A DNA stretch of 64,000 nt from Eledone cirrhosa (taxonomy: Eukaryota), in NCBI GenBank assembly GCA_964016885.1, contig OZ024740.1, positions 377,642,001 to 377,706,000 of the forward strand, in the 5' to 3' direction. Shown piece after piece: positions 38,650 through 51,261 of the stretch. The notes under the pieces were generated by a model. The model was not told where the DNA came from and made no database searches. It saw only the letters and a program-made list of their open reading frames with translations. Position 1 is the stretch's first letter. Each line of letters starts with the position of its first letter. The translations under genes and the position numbers were made by a program.

Positions 38650-40848
38650 CAGTTGCATTTATCTTGCTTTATGTTCATACGAGTTATCACCAAGTCACAA
38701 CCAGTGACCTCAAGAGACAACAAGGTCCGCCATGTTCAAGAAATAACATACATACTCACACATGCATCTTTAGTGTTTAGACTTGTGATGTACTTATATT
38801 GACATAATCTTCCTTAGTATATGGGCAGTTCCCATTAGTACTATCTTTTGTATTTCTCCTATACGTGGGTTTCCTGGGATTTGCGATAAGTAATCATTAG
38901 ACCCCTTAGGTATCATTCCCAGAGCGCCTACAACCACTAGTATTGTTTTAGTTCTCAATTTCCACATTTTTCCAATTTCTATCTCCAGGTCCTTATACTT
39001 GCTCAATTTTTCAAATGTTTTTATGGATACATTCTTGTCTATTGGAACGGACATATCAATTAGCAGGCATACCCTCTTTTTAAAGTCCTTCAGTATTATG
39101 TCAGGTCTATTTGCATCTATTTTTCGGTCTGTTTGGATGCTAATGTTCCACAAGATTGAGATGTGATCTTTTTCAAGTATGGGAGGTGGTTGATGCTCCC
39201 ACCAATTCTTTTGATGGGGCAGGTCAAAATGCTTACACATTATCCAATGTATGTATTGTGCAGTTCTGTCATGCCTGTTTAGGTATTCGGTTGGAGCTAT
39301 AGGACTGCACATTGAAATTATATGGTCAATGGTCTCTGGTTATTTTTTGCATACACGGCATAATGGGCTGCATCCATTTTTTATTATGTTGGCTTGGTAA
39401 TTTTTTGTCGGCAGACACTGATCTTGTGCTGATATAATCAGTCCTTCAGTCTCCGATTTCAGTCCAGAGGATGCCAACCACTGATGGGTTAAAGTTTTGT
39501 CAACATCAGGATTGTTAGCTCGTTCTGGGTATTTTCCATACAGAGGCTTTTCTTGCCATTTCTTAGCCAGTTTCTGTAGCAGTTCTTTCTTTGCAGTTAC
39601 TTTTACCTGCTTTGCTTTTTCTGTGTTTTCTATTTCAGCAGTAAATGGGACTTCTGAAATTTGTAGTCCATTACTGTATCTTTGTGCATCTTTTGTAATG
39701 GAATATGATCTTTTGATGCTTTCATGTTTCAAAACGAGTTTGATCATCCAATCATGTGATTCCTTTAGATATGTAGATAATCCAATTGTTGCAGTTTTCA
39801 ACGCAATGTCTAACTGGATTAACCCACGTCCTCCTTCTTTCCTAGGGAGATTTATTCTATCTATATCTGCCTTAGGGTGATGCATTCTGTGCATGGTTAA
39901 GAATTTTCGAATTTTTGTATCGAGCCTACGGATCTCTGTGCTTGACCAGTTGATGACATTGTAACTGTAGGTTACTACTGGTATGGCAAGCGTGTTTATG
40001 GCATCGATCCTATTCCTTGCATTCAATTCCGTTCTTAAGATTGCTCTTATTCTGCGGTAACATTCCTTCCTTATCCTTTCCCTCATTGTCGAGTGCTTGA
40101 TTCCGTCTCCTTCACAAACACCTAGATATTTGTAAGTTTTTTCTTGATCAAGTTCTCTTATCACGTTCCCCCGATCAAGATTAATGTCTGAACTCTTCAG
40201 CAGCTTTCCTCTGGTGAACGTTGCTTTGGCGCATTTATCTAGTCCAAACTCCATTTTAATGTCATCACTGAACTGCTCCACAGTGGATAATAGCCCTTGC
40301 TATTTCATCATTTTTTGCAAATAGTTTCAGGTCATCCATGTAGAACAAGGGATTAATGGTTTTGTCATAGACTTTATATCCATGTTTTGTTTCATTGAGC
40401 ATTTTACTTAATGGTATAAGCGCGATGCAGAATAAAAGCGGTGATAAAGAGTCACCCTGAAAAATTCCACAATTAATATTAACTTCTCCAGCTTCCAGTG
40501 ATTTGTTTTCACTATTCAAAAGGAGTGTCGTTTTCCATGTCTTCATACTGAATGACAAAAACCTCCTGACAACGGGGGATATTTTGAAAATCTCTAAACG
40601 TTTTTTAATCCAACTGTGTGGCAAACTATCGAATGCTTTTTTATAATCTATCCAAGCAATTGATAGATTTTGTGTCTATTATGACAATCTTCCAGTATCA
40701 TTTTGTTAACCAGAAGCTGATCCTTACAGCCATATGAGCCTCGTTTACACCCTTTCTGCTCAATGGGAAATAGGTCATTTGTTATCAGGTGGTCATATGT
40801 GTATTCAGTTAGGACTGATGTTAAAATGTTATACATTGTGGTCAAGCA
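38650..40848 (-). mobile_element. 5'-truncated R4/Dong-clade LINE, second family, copy 1
   Basis: GIFQGDSLSPLLFC, FYMDDLKLF, CRVC..HIISMC, RHD, RPDIIL..LIDMSVP. Confidence 0.9.
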
Positions 40849-43626
40849 AGTTATCTTGCTTTATGTTCATACGAGTTATCACCAAGTCACAACCAGTGAC
40901 CTCAAGAGACAACAAGGTCCGCCATGTTCAAGAAAGAACACACACATGCATCTTTAGGTGTTTAGACTTGTGATGTACTTATATTGACAGAATCTTCCTT
41001 AGTATATGGGCAATTCCCATTAGTACTATCTTTTGTGTTTCTCCTATACGCGGGTTTCCTGGGATTTGCGATAAGTAATCATTAGACCCCTTAGGTATCA
41101 TTCCTAGAGCCCCTACAACCACTGGTATTGTTTTAGTTCTCAATTTCCACATTTTTCCAATTTCTATCTCCAGGTCCTTATACTTGCTCAATTTTTCAAA
41201 TGTTTTTATAGATACATTCTTGTCTATTGGAACGGACATATCAATTAGCAAGCATACCCTCTTTTTAAAGTCCTTCAGTATTATATCAGGTCTATTTGCA
41301 TCTATTTTTCGTCTGTTTGGATGCTAAAGTTCCACAAGATTGAGATGTGATATTTTTCAAGTATTGGAGGAGGTTGATGCGCCCACCAATTCTTTTGATG
41401 AGGCAGGTCAAAATGCTTACACATTATCCAATGTATGTATTGTGCAGCTCTGTCATGCCTGTTTAGGTATTCGGTTGGAGCTATAGGACTGCACATTGAA
41501 ATTATATGATCAATGGTCTCTGGTTGTTTTTTACATACACGGCATTATGGGTTGCATTCAATTTTATTATGTTGGCTTGGTAATTTTTTGTTGGCAGACA
41601 CTGATCTTGTGCTGATATAATCAGTCCTTCAGTCTCCGATTTCAGTCCAGAGGATGCCAACCACTGATGGGTTAAAGTTTTGTCAACTTCAGGATTGTTG
41701 GCTCTTTCTGGGTATTTTCCATACAGAGGCTTTTCTAGCCATTTCTTAGCCAGTTTCTGTAGCAGTTCTTTCTTTGCAGTTACTTTTACCTGCTTTGCTT
41801 TTTCTGTGTTTTCCATTTCAGCAGTAAATGGGACTTCTGAAATTTGTAGTCCATTACTGTATCTTTGTGCATCTTTTGTAATCTTTTGATGCTTTCGTGT
41901 TTCAAAACGAGTTTGATCATCCAATCATGTGATTCCCTTAGATATATACATAATCCAAATGTTGCAGTTTTCAACGCAATATCCAACTGGATTAACCCAA
42001 CTGGATTAACCCTGGATTAACCCACGTCCATTTTTGTATCGAGCCTACGAAACTCTGTGCTTGACCAGTTGATGACATTGTAACTGTAGGTTACTACTGG
42101 TATGGCAAGCGTGTTTATGGCATCGATCCTATTCCTTGCATTCAATTCCGTTCTTAAGATTGCTCTTACTCTGCGATAACATTCCTTCCTTATCCTTTCC
42201 CTCATTGTCGAGAGCTTGATTCCGTCTCCTTCACAAACACCTAGATATTTGTAAGTTTCCTCTTGATCAAGTTCTCTTATCACATTCCCCCGATCAAGAT
42301 TAATGTCTGAACTCTTCAGCAGGTTTCTTCTTGTAAACGTTGCTTTGGCGCATTTATCTAGTCCAAACTCCATTTTAATGTCATCACTGAACTGCACCAC
42401 AGTGGATAATAGCCCTTGCAATTGTTCATCATCTTTTGCAAATAGTTTCAGATCATCCATGTAGAACAAGTGATTAATGGTTTTGTCATAGACTTTATAT
42501 CCATGTTTTGTTTCATTGGGCATTTTACTTAATGGTATAAGTGCGATACAGAATAAAAGCGGTGATAAAGAGTCACCCTGAAAAATTCCACAATTAATAT
42601 TAACTTCTCCAGCTTCCAGTGATTTTTTTTTTCACTATTCAAAAGGAGTGTCGTTTTCCATGTCTTCATACTGAATGACAGGAACCTCCTGACAACGGGA
42701 GATATTTTGAAAATCTCTAAACATTTTTCAATCCAACTGTGTGGCAAACTATCGAATGATTTTTTATAATCTATCCAAACAATTGATAGATTTTTGTGTC
42801 TATTATGACAATCTTCCAGTATCATTTTGTTAACCAAAAGCTGATCTTTACAGCCATTTGAACCTCGTTTAAGCTCTTTCTGCTCATTGGGAAATAGTTC
42901 ATTTGTTATCAGGTGGTCATATGTATATTTAGTTAGGACTGATGTTAAAATGTTATACATTGTGGTTAAGCAAGTTATAGGTCTGTAATTTGGGGGATTG
43001 TTTGTCTCATCATTCTTCGGAAGTAGGAATGTAATGCCGTTAACTAGCCATGATGGTATCTTTTCTGGCTCCTTAACTATTTCATTGTAAAGTTGGGCTA
43101 ATAGTTCACGAGACTCTGTGAAGGCATTTATCCAAAAATTTGGTATTTTGTCCTTTCCTGGGGATTTCCATTTGCTGGTTTTTCTAAGAGCCAAACGCAA
43201 CTGTTCAACTGTTATATTTTCCCATGTTTGTTCCTCAAGGTGAGCTTTATCTTTCATTTGTCTGTCTGTCCATGGGGCATGTATATTATGAACTTTTTCT
43301 TCGGCCCAGATCTTTTCCCAGAATTCTTGCACTTCCTCCTTGGGTGGTATTGATTTAGCAGTTATTGTTGACTTGCCAATTTTTCTGTAGAAGTTTCTTT
43401 GGTTGTTTTTGAACATGTTATTTTCCTTATAGAATCTAGATCGTTTTTCAAAGCGCCTTATACTAGCAGCTTTGGCCGACTCTTTTTGCTTGCTTATTTC
43501 TATCAGCATGTCTATGTCACTTGTTGATTTTATACTGTATTTTCTTTTCAATTTTCTAAGTTTAGTTTGTTTAACATGTTGACCTACTTTGTAGTTTGTT
43601 AAAATTTCTGTCAGATCGGAGAAGGT
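40849..43626 (-). mobile_element. 5'-truncated R4/Dong-clade LINE, second family, copy 2 (tandem with copy 1)
   Basis: Highly similar to copy 1; extends further 5' (KWKSPGKDKIPNFW, NYRPITCL); abuts (ATT)n at 43627-43643. Confidence 0.9.
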
Positions 43627-43643
43627 TTATTATTATTATTATT

Positions 43644-46600
43644 GGTTATCAGTAGAAAACGGCGGTAACTACGGCGGAGTAAGTTGGTTGAATTTTTTAT
43701 GAGTTATCGAAAGTTCTAATAATATATTTTTCCATCAGTATGTAGTTAAAGAACCCCTCTGTCAAAGGAGGTGGTTTTTTAACTGTATCTCGCGCCCTTG
43801 AGAGCTAAATTTGCTTTTATTTACAATCATAGCCCCAAAATAAAAAAAATAAAAATGGCGGACAAAGAAAATTGTCCACAGGGAGGAACAGCGAGTTGTT
43901 CAGAGGGTGGAACAGCCAATTCCACCCAATCACAAGGCAAAGTAAAAAACAAGAGAAACAGCAGCAGCAGCGACAGCGACAGTGATAATGATATCAGCAG
44001 CAGCTGTCACTGGAACTGTAGTAGCAGTAGTGGAAATTATAACGAAAAATTTCCTGCGTTACAGAAATCAAACACCACTACCACCCCAATAACAACAATA
44101 ACAACAGCAACAACCACAAAGAACCCAAAGAACAACAACTATAACAGCAGCAACACAGAGGAAAAGGAAACAAACAAAAACACCGACGACGACAACAAAG
44201 ACAAAACTAGTGACGTGTCAACACAAATCAAAACAAACACATCTTTCGCGAAAGCGACCAACAAGTTTGAGCAAATAAACATCACTAACGAAGAGATAAA
44301 ACAAGCAAAGGTCTTGGTAAAAAAAAAACGGACACAGAGTAAGTCTCACCCGCCCAGCTGAGATAATAAGAAACAAACTTTTGTGTTCGGTCAGTTATCG
44401 CACTATCGGTTCAAAATCCAGGCGAGTTGAACGGGCAACGGAGTCACAGATCCAAAGAGCTATGGGTGCCGTCTGGGCACAGAAAACATATATAGCCCGC
44501 GGATCGAGATATGCAACTGTGGATGTGCTATTCGCTACACCAGAGGAAGCCAGAGCACACTCCATTGCACCACTCCGCAGCGACGAAATCACAATGATGC
44601 TCACATATTGCGGCCAGAGAGTCGTGAGGGTTCGAGTAGGCCAGGTTCCACCCTCAGTGGAGATGGCGTGGCTGACGGCAGCCGTCCTCGCTGACGTTGA
44701 AGATTCAACAACCATACTCAACGTCATACGAATAAGACAGGAAAATTGGACGGGGTCGGGGATGGAGCTAATCATCCAAGCAAACAACGAAAGTGTTGAG
44801 GCCATCCCCGATGTAACAGACCTGGACGACGGCAGCCATCTACCCGTGACTGTCGAAGGTAGGCGCCCAATGTGTCATTGATGTGGTGACAAGACATTCT
44901 GCCCCAAAATTACCAAACAGGCACGCGCCCACCCCTTCTCCCCACGCCGTGCCCCGCAACTGGAGCAGACAAACAAACAAAGAACACAGTGGCAGAAGAG
45001 AAATCACCATCCCCAACAACAAAAACACCATCACTTCCACCACCCACAAAACAAATGGAAATCATACCCCTTCCTGATATAGCCAAACGGGCAAGGAGTG
45101 CGATGAGGCCGAAGAGTGGAGAACTATTCCAACAAAAAAAAGGAAGAACTCCCTACCCTCATCCCCCCCCCCACAAGAAAAGGAAAAAAAAACCTTTAAA
45201 AAAAAAGAAAATGAAAACTACCCACTTCCTCCACCACCATCAACAGCCACACCCCCACAACCACCTACACCATCACCACGACCACCACCACCAACACCAC
45301 TACCACCACCACCACCATCTACCCCATCGTCACCTCCAACAACACGACAGCAAACACAGAAAACACCAACACCCAAACAGCAGACACAATACACAGCCAT
45401 AGACACAGACAACACAAAGCTTTTAAATTACATTCAACACCACACCAACATTACAGAAACAAACTACGTACAAACCACCAAAATTGCACCCCACCCACAC
45501 GCATAAAAATAATAGAAATTACACAAAAAAATTACATAACATTTAAAAAAATGTTCCCCACATCAATTGGAGACTACCGAGGGAACATCACCGAAATGAT
45601 ATTCACGGATATTCTCCTGGAGAAGCCTACCAATGATCGGAGGGATGGATCACCCACCCCCGTCCTAAAGAAAATCCACAGGTAATTCTTTTTTACCTCT
45701 CCCCTCTCACTTGTTTTCCTCCTATCCTAGCCAACATGGCTACTCTCAGAATAGGTAGCATAAATGTACGTGGCCTGGGGTCGTCTTGGAAGCAGGGGCA
45801 CCTGCTGAACGATCTCAGGTCGCTAAACATAGATGTGATAGGCCATCAGCGAGACCAGAATCTCCGAGGCACGGGCCTTCGCACTGATCTTCGGCGGCTA
45901 CGATGTGTATGCATCTCCCAGCCGTCCTGGATCGGGGGGGAGGAGTTGCTGTGATTTTTCGGAGAGGTTTGGATCTCGCCATACGGGCCATCTTCCTGGA
46001 CCCAGAAGGTAAGTTAGTGGTGCTGGACGTGACCAGCGGAGACGCGCAAGCTTTTAGGCTAGTGGCCGTCTATGCCCCGACAGGAGCAGGGCGGCCTGAT
46101 TTCTTCCGGCGTCTGGAGACCTTTCTTGGAACGTCCAGCAATTTAGTGTTAGTGGGCGACTGGAACGGGATCTTAGATGCACGCTGGGACTGTGTGGGAT
46201 TAGCGGATAGGGGAGGAGGGTGCAAGAGCCTCACCAACCTGCTCAGGCGTTTTGAACTGTCTGACAGGTACCGATTGGATTTCCCGAATGTGCCAATGTG
46301 GAGTTGGACAAACCGCATAGGGTCATCCAGATCATATCTAGATAGAGTATTTTGTAGGGAAATAGATAGGTCTAGCATAGGGTGTCCACAATTCAAGATA
46401 GTCAGCTACACGGACCACAAATTCGTGATCTGTGTGCTTGACTTAGATAAGCTTCATAGACGAGGACCCGGCTACTGGAAGCTAAACGCGTCCTTACCAG
46501 CGCGCAAGGCCTACAGAGACCGGATTAGCGAACTAGTTAAGCGAGCGTTGACGGGGGCCATCGTCAACAACAAGTGGTGGTTTGCTCTGAAAAGAGCGAT

Positions 46601-48887
46601 TAGAATAGAGTCCATTAGGTTTAGTAAGGCTTTAGCAATAGAGAAAAATAGAGCAGAGAGAGAACTACTTAGCAAAGGCATCGCGACCGACGTACTTGCG
46701 GCGAAATTGGCCCTTGAACAATTCTTCAATGCAAAGCACGAAGGATGCGTTGTCAGAGCAAGGGTGCGTGCTCTCAGACACGAGGGGACGAAAGCCGTTC
46801 AATGGGCCCGAGTGGCGGAGGCGCGTCGTGGCAACAAAGCCACGATCCGGTCTTTGGTGGACCACGACGGGTGCATGCTACTCAATCCCGGGCAAATGTG
46901 TGAAGCTTTTCAGCGACACTTCGCTCAGTTATTCGGGGGCACCGGCGGACCGGATCGAGGGATGGACTTTAGTGTCTACCTCGACGGACTGCCGCGGCTC
47001 TCGGCCACTGAGGCGGAGTGTTGCGAAAAGCCGATAACAGCCGCTGAAGTACGGGAGGCAATGACTAGCTGCACAAGTGGTAAATCGCCTAATTTGGATG
47101 GCCTGCCCTATGAACTTTATGCACAGTTGTCAGACTGGTTCGGAGGCCTCTTGGCGGACGTCTACTGCAACTGGCAACAGAACGGGAGAATTCCCAGCTC
47201 TGTGAGCCGAGGAGCGGTGGCGCGGTTGAGAAAGGATCCGAACAAGGGGGATAAGATAGATAATTTCAGACCCATAATTCTGCTAAACACAGAGTTCAAG
47301 ATTTTGGCCAAGGTACTAGCAAAGAGGTTGGCGCTTGTCGTTGGTGGTCTGGTGGGAGAGGCGCAGACATGCGCCATTCCCGACAGATCCATCCACGACA
47401 ACCTCCACCTCATGAGATACATCGTAGAGAGGGTAGATAGGGAACCTGACACAGGTGGGTCCTTGATCAATTTAGATCAGTCGAAAGCTTTCGATAGGGT
47501 CGACGATCGTTACCTAACGGCAGTCCTGAGGGCGGCTGGCCTTGGGCCCGTCGTCAGAAGCTGGATCGCTGCCATGCACAGCGACATCTGCTCTGCTGTG
47601 AGAGTGAACGGTCACCTTTCGGAACCGTTCAACATCATGCGCTCGGTCCGCCAAGGATGTCCCCTCTCGTCCCTCTTGTACGTATTGAATCTCGAGCCAT
47701 TACTGCACAAACTGGAGACATTGAGGGGGATCCCGCGCGAACTAGGATGCGGAAGATCCGTGTCAGCATATGCGGACGATGTCACCGTAGTGGTGTCGAA
47801 CGCTCAGGCTACGACATCTCCACCTCTTCCTCGACGGTGATCAGGTGTGGTCGCCGTTTGCTAGACGCGTCTTTCCCCAGCTCGTCTCCTTGACGGAGCT
47901 GCAGTCCTGGGTCAAGCGAAGACCGAGAGGGAGCGCTTGGAGACTGGAATGTCTTCAGGCGCTCACAGCCCTCGACCAATCGGGCAATGTGATCGGTGGA
48001 AACTCCAACTTGGCGTTCTATACAGGATTAGTGGAGGGGAAGAGCGACGACGTACTTGGGGAAACTCTAGGCCTCGACGAAAATCAACTAGCCAATCTCT
48101 TCGGAAGAACTTTCGGGCCGGGGCCTATGGACAACTTCCAGAAATCCCTGTCCTGGCAGTGCTACCGAGGAGCTTTGCCAGTTCGGGATAAACTCTACAG
48201 GAATGGAGGTGCCGTCAACCGGGCATGTCCGAGATGCGCGCAGGGCGACGAAACCGTCCTGCACGCACTCGTCCAGTGTCCGACCATTGCTGACTTGTGG
48301 GTTTATGTCGAACACCTGCTGTCGCGTGTAGGACGGATCCAGCTATCAGCTGAGACCATCGTGAGGATTGCCCCGCCCTCTTCCTTTAGCCGGGAAGGGC
48401 AGGCAGTTTTTATCTGTCTGGTGACAATGGCGAAAGAGATAGTATGGTGGACACGTTTGAAAGGGCTGAAGACGAGCACTTACCTCTTCGGTGATGTCCT
48501 GATTAACTTTTTCAAATTTCATTTGAAAAGGAAAATCAGGGTAGAGAGGGAAGTGCTCTCTTCCTAGCATTTTGTTGAAAGATGGGTGAGAGAAGCAAGT
48601 ATGGCCCGAGTGAATGGGCCTACTCTGAGTATGTGTCTGTAAATTAAAGGTGGAAGACTGGGAGAGGGCACTTGCCCTGGTGGTCAGGGTCACTGTGGCT
48701 TTTTAATGGGCTTTCTCCACAAATGTCCCTCGGAAGTCTCCCCCCTATTGGGGAATTTTTCATTGTTATTTTTTGTTACATCCTCTTTTTTTTTACACGC
48801 AGAAATGCCCATTTGTACCGTCCTGTATTGTCCTGTACTGTCCTTAATGTCTACTTTATGTAAACCCTTGTGGTTAATAAAGAAAAC
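43644..48887 (+). mobile_element. Tx1-like LINE copy A: ORF1 43855-45685 (broken), ORF2 45736-48641 (APE, RT, Zn finger; ~494-bp internal deletion)
   Basis: SINVRGL, VYAP, GDWNG, YLDRVF, TDH, WKLN; NFRPIILLNTEFKILAK, DQSKAFDRV, RQGCPLS, YADD; CPRC..H..C; (ATT)n on both sides. Confidence 0.92.
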
Positions 48888-48911
48888 ATTATTATTATTA
48901 TTATTATTATT

Positions 48912-48953
48912 AATGCACTGGGTAATTGCTGGTCTTGTGCCTAAAGTAGAAAC
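48912..48953 (+). mobile_element. Isolated SINE S1 3' tail within the (ATT)n between the two Tx1 copies
   Basis: aatgcactgggtaattgctggtcttgtgcctaaagtagaaaca followed by ~18 ATT units. Confidence 0.85.
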
Positions 48954-48954
48954 A

Positions 48955-49008
<54 letters not shown>

Positions 49009-49228
49009 GAATGCTATGGTTGACGGAGGCTCGGCTCTGTAAGGTATTGTAAATTTTGAACGCTATAACAATTGTAAATTGTTTAAAACTTTGACCAACT
49101 CGTAGACAAAAACACCCTCCTCCTCGTTAGAGGGGTCTTTCTGCCCGTTATTTGGCCCTTCGGGGTTAAATAACTGCTTATTGGGGTTTTGTACCCAATA
49201 TTTATTTTAAACAAAAAAAAAAAACAAC

Positions 49229-51226
49229 ATGGCTACGAAAAAGAATTTGCATAGGTCACTCCCACTCATTCCGTCTTCTTCTTCCCCAATCGTCACTACA
49301 GCAGAGAGAAGATTGTCTCTCTCCCTCCCTTCTTTAAATGTGTCTCTCTCCCTCCCTTCTCTTTCGCAAGCGACGACAGAAAAGAAAAGTCTCGTGCAAA
49401 GCGTGCAAGATTTCTCCACGACGACGACGACAACGACGAAACAGGTGTGCGGGAAATACGAAAATAGCATTAGCAGCAACAGCAACAACAACAGCAGCAG
49501 CAGCAACAACAACAACAACCACAGCAACAGCGGCGGCGGCAGTCGTGGTACCTGCAGCAACAACATAAGTAACAGCAGCTCTGACGACAACAACAACAAC
49601 AGCAGCAAAGAAAAACCAATCTCATTTGCAGGTATTGCGAAAAACTTGGAAACAATCCTCATAACAAATGAGGAATTAGAGGAAGCGAAGAAGATGGTGA
49701 CAAAGACTGGACACCGAGCAATCTGCAAGGCATCGGAAAATTTTTTCGAAACCCAACAGCACTGTACGGTCACGTACCGTACAGTAAGTACAAAATCCCG
49801 TAGGGTGGAAAGAGCCACAGAGGCTCAAATACAAAAAGCCTTGGGGTCTGTGTGGCAGCGGAAAACGCACATCACCCGAGGAAAAAAATATGCCACCGTA
49901 GACGTACTTTTTGCCACACCCCAGGAGGCAAAGGCCCAATCCGTAGTGACCCTAAGGAGCGAGGAAATGGTGTTGGTGCCCTCCTACTGCGGGCAAAAAA
50001 TTGTGAGGGTCAAACTGACCCACGTCCCCCCCGGGATGGCCCCTTCTTGGCTAGCCGCGTCTGTCCTCGTCGGAATCGAGGACAAAACAACTGTACTGCA
50101 AGTAGAGAAAAAAGTAAGAGAAGATTGGGTCGGCACCTCCATTGAGATGCTAATCCAAACCAACCAGGAGTGCATAGAAGCTATCCCGGATGTGATAGAC
50201 TTCGATAACGGCACTCAACTGCCCATAAGTGTTGAAGGAAAACGCCCGAAATGCTTTCGCTGTGGATCGAAGACTCACCTCAGGGCCTTCTGCAACGAGA
50301 AGACCCTGAGAAAGGAGAAAACCCCCCTCCTTCCGAAACCGGCTCCACGGCTACCAGCAACAGGACAAGCGGCAACCAGGAACGATAGGTCCGTGGCACC
50401 CATACCCACGCCACGGAAATCAAAAACAGCAGCAGCAGTGGAAATATTAACAACAACAACAGCAATACCAAATGCAGCTGCAACAGAGACTCCAATGCAA
50501 ACATCACCAACAACAACAAGTGAAAGAGTGGAGCTAGTACCCCTCCCCGACCTCACAGAATCAGACATGGAGTGCGAGGTGGGAGAGGGATGGCATAAGG
50601 TCGTAAGAAGGCACAAACGCAGAAGCAGCGCATCGTCGCCTTTGAAAAGGGAGGAAAGAAATGAGAAAAGGGTAAAGTCTACTGCAAAGAGACCCACAGC
50701 AGCAACACCACCATCACCACCCACACTAGCACCACCATCACCACCGGCGACAACCCCACCGCCAACAACACCTTCAACACCACCACCACAAGCACCAACA
50801 TCGCAAACACAACAACAAAACACACACACCCAGCAACAACGACAAGAAAATAGCAGAACCACACCCCACCCCCAGAAAAACAAATGCACGGCAATAAATA
50901 CACACAACAAGAAACTAATAACTTACATAATTGAAGACACAGACATTTCACAACACGACTACATAATACCAGCACCAATCAAAACGCCAACTAACATAAG
51001 ACTGCTAAAAATAGCACAGAAACAATACACAAACATTAAAACGAAATTCCCCAACGCAGTTGGTGATTTCAGGGACCTAGGAGGAATTATCAATCGAAGA
51101 GTATATTCAGACATTCTCATAGAAGAGCAGACAACCAGCCGAAGGGACGATTCAACGGTCCCTTCACCAGACGATCAAGTGAAAAGGGATGTAAAAACCA
51201 TCCCTCCTCTACGAAAAGTACGGTAA
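49229..51226 (+). CDS. Tx1-like ORF1 (gag-like nucleic-acid-binding protein with CCHC knuckle)
   Basis: 665-aa open frame; CFRCGSKTHLRAFC knuckle; low-complexity S/N and P/T flanks; lies just upstream of ORF2. Confidence 0.85.
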   Translation: MATKKNLHRSLPLIPSSSSPIVTTAERRLSLSLPSLNVSLSLPSLSQATTEKKSLVQSVQDFSTTTTTTTKQVCGKYENSISSNSNNNSSSSNNNNNHSNSGGGSRGTCSNNISNSSSDDNNNNSSKEKPISFAGIAKNLETILITNEELEEAKKMVTKTGHRAICKASENFFETQQHCTVTYRTVSTKSRRVERATEAQIQKALGSVWQRKTHITRGKKYATVDVLFATPQEAKAQSVVTLRSEEMVLVPSYCGQKIVRVKLTHVPPGMAPSWLAASVLVGIEDKTTVLQVEKKVREDWVGTSIEMLIQTNQECIEAIPDVIDFDNGTQLPISVEGKRPKCFRCGSKTHLRAFCNEKTLRKEKTPLLPKPAPRLPATGQAATRNDRSVAPIPTPRKSKTAAAVEILTTTTAIPNAAATETPMQTSPTTTSERVELVPLPDLTESDMECEVGEGWHKVVRRHKRRSSASSPLKREERNEKRVKSTAKRPTAATPPSPPTLAPPSPPATTPPPTTPSTPPPQAPTSQTQQQNTHTQQQRQENSRTTPHPQKNKCTAINTHNKKLITYIIEDTDISQHDYIIPAPIKTPTNIRLLKIAQKQYTNIKTKFPNAVGDFRDLGGIINRRVYSDILIEEQTTSRRDDSTVPSPDDQVKRDVKTIPPLRKVR

Positions 51227-51261
51227 GTGGTCTTTCCCATCTTTTCCACTCTATTTTAAAC

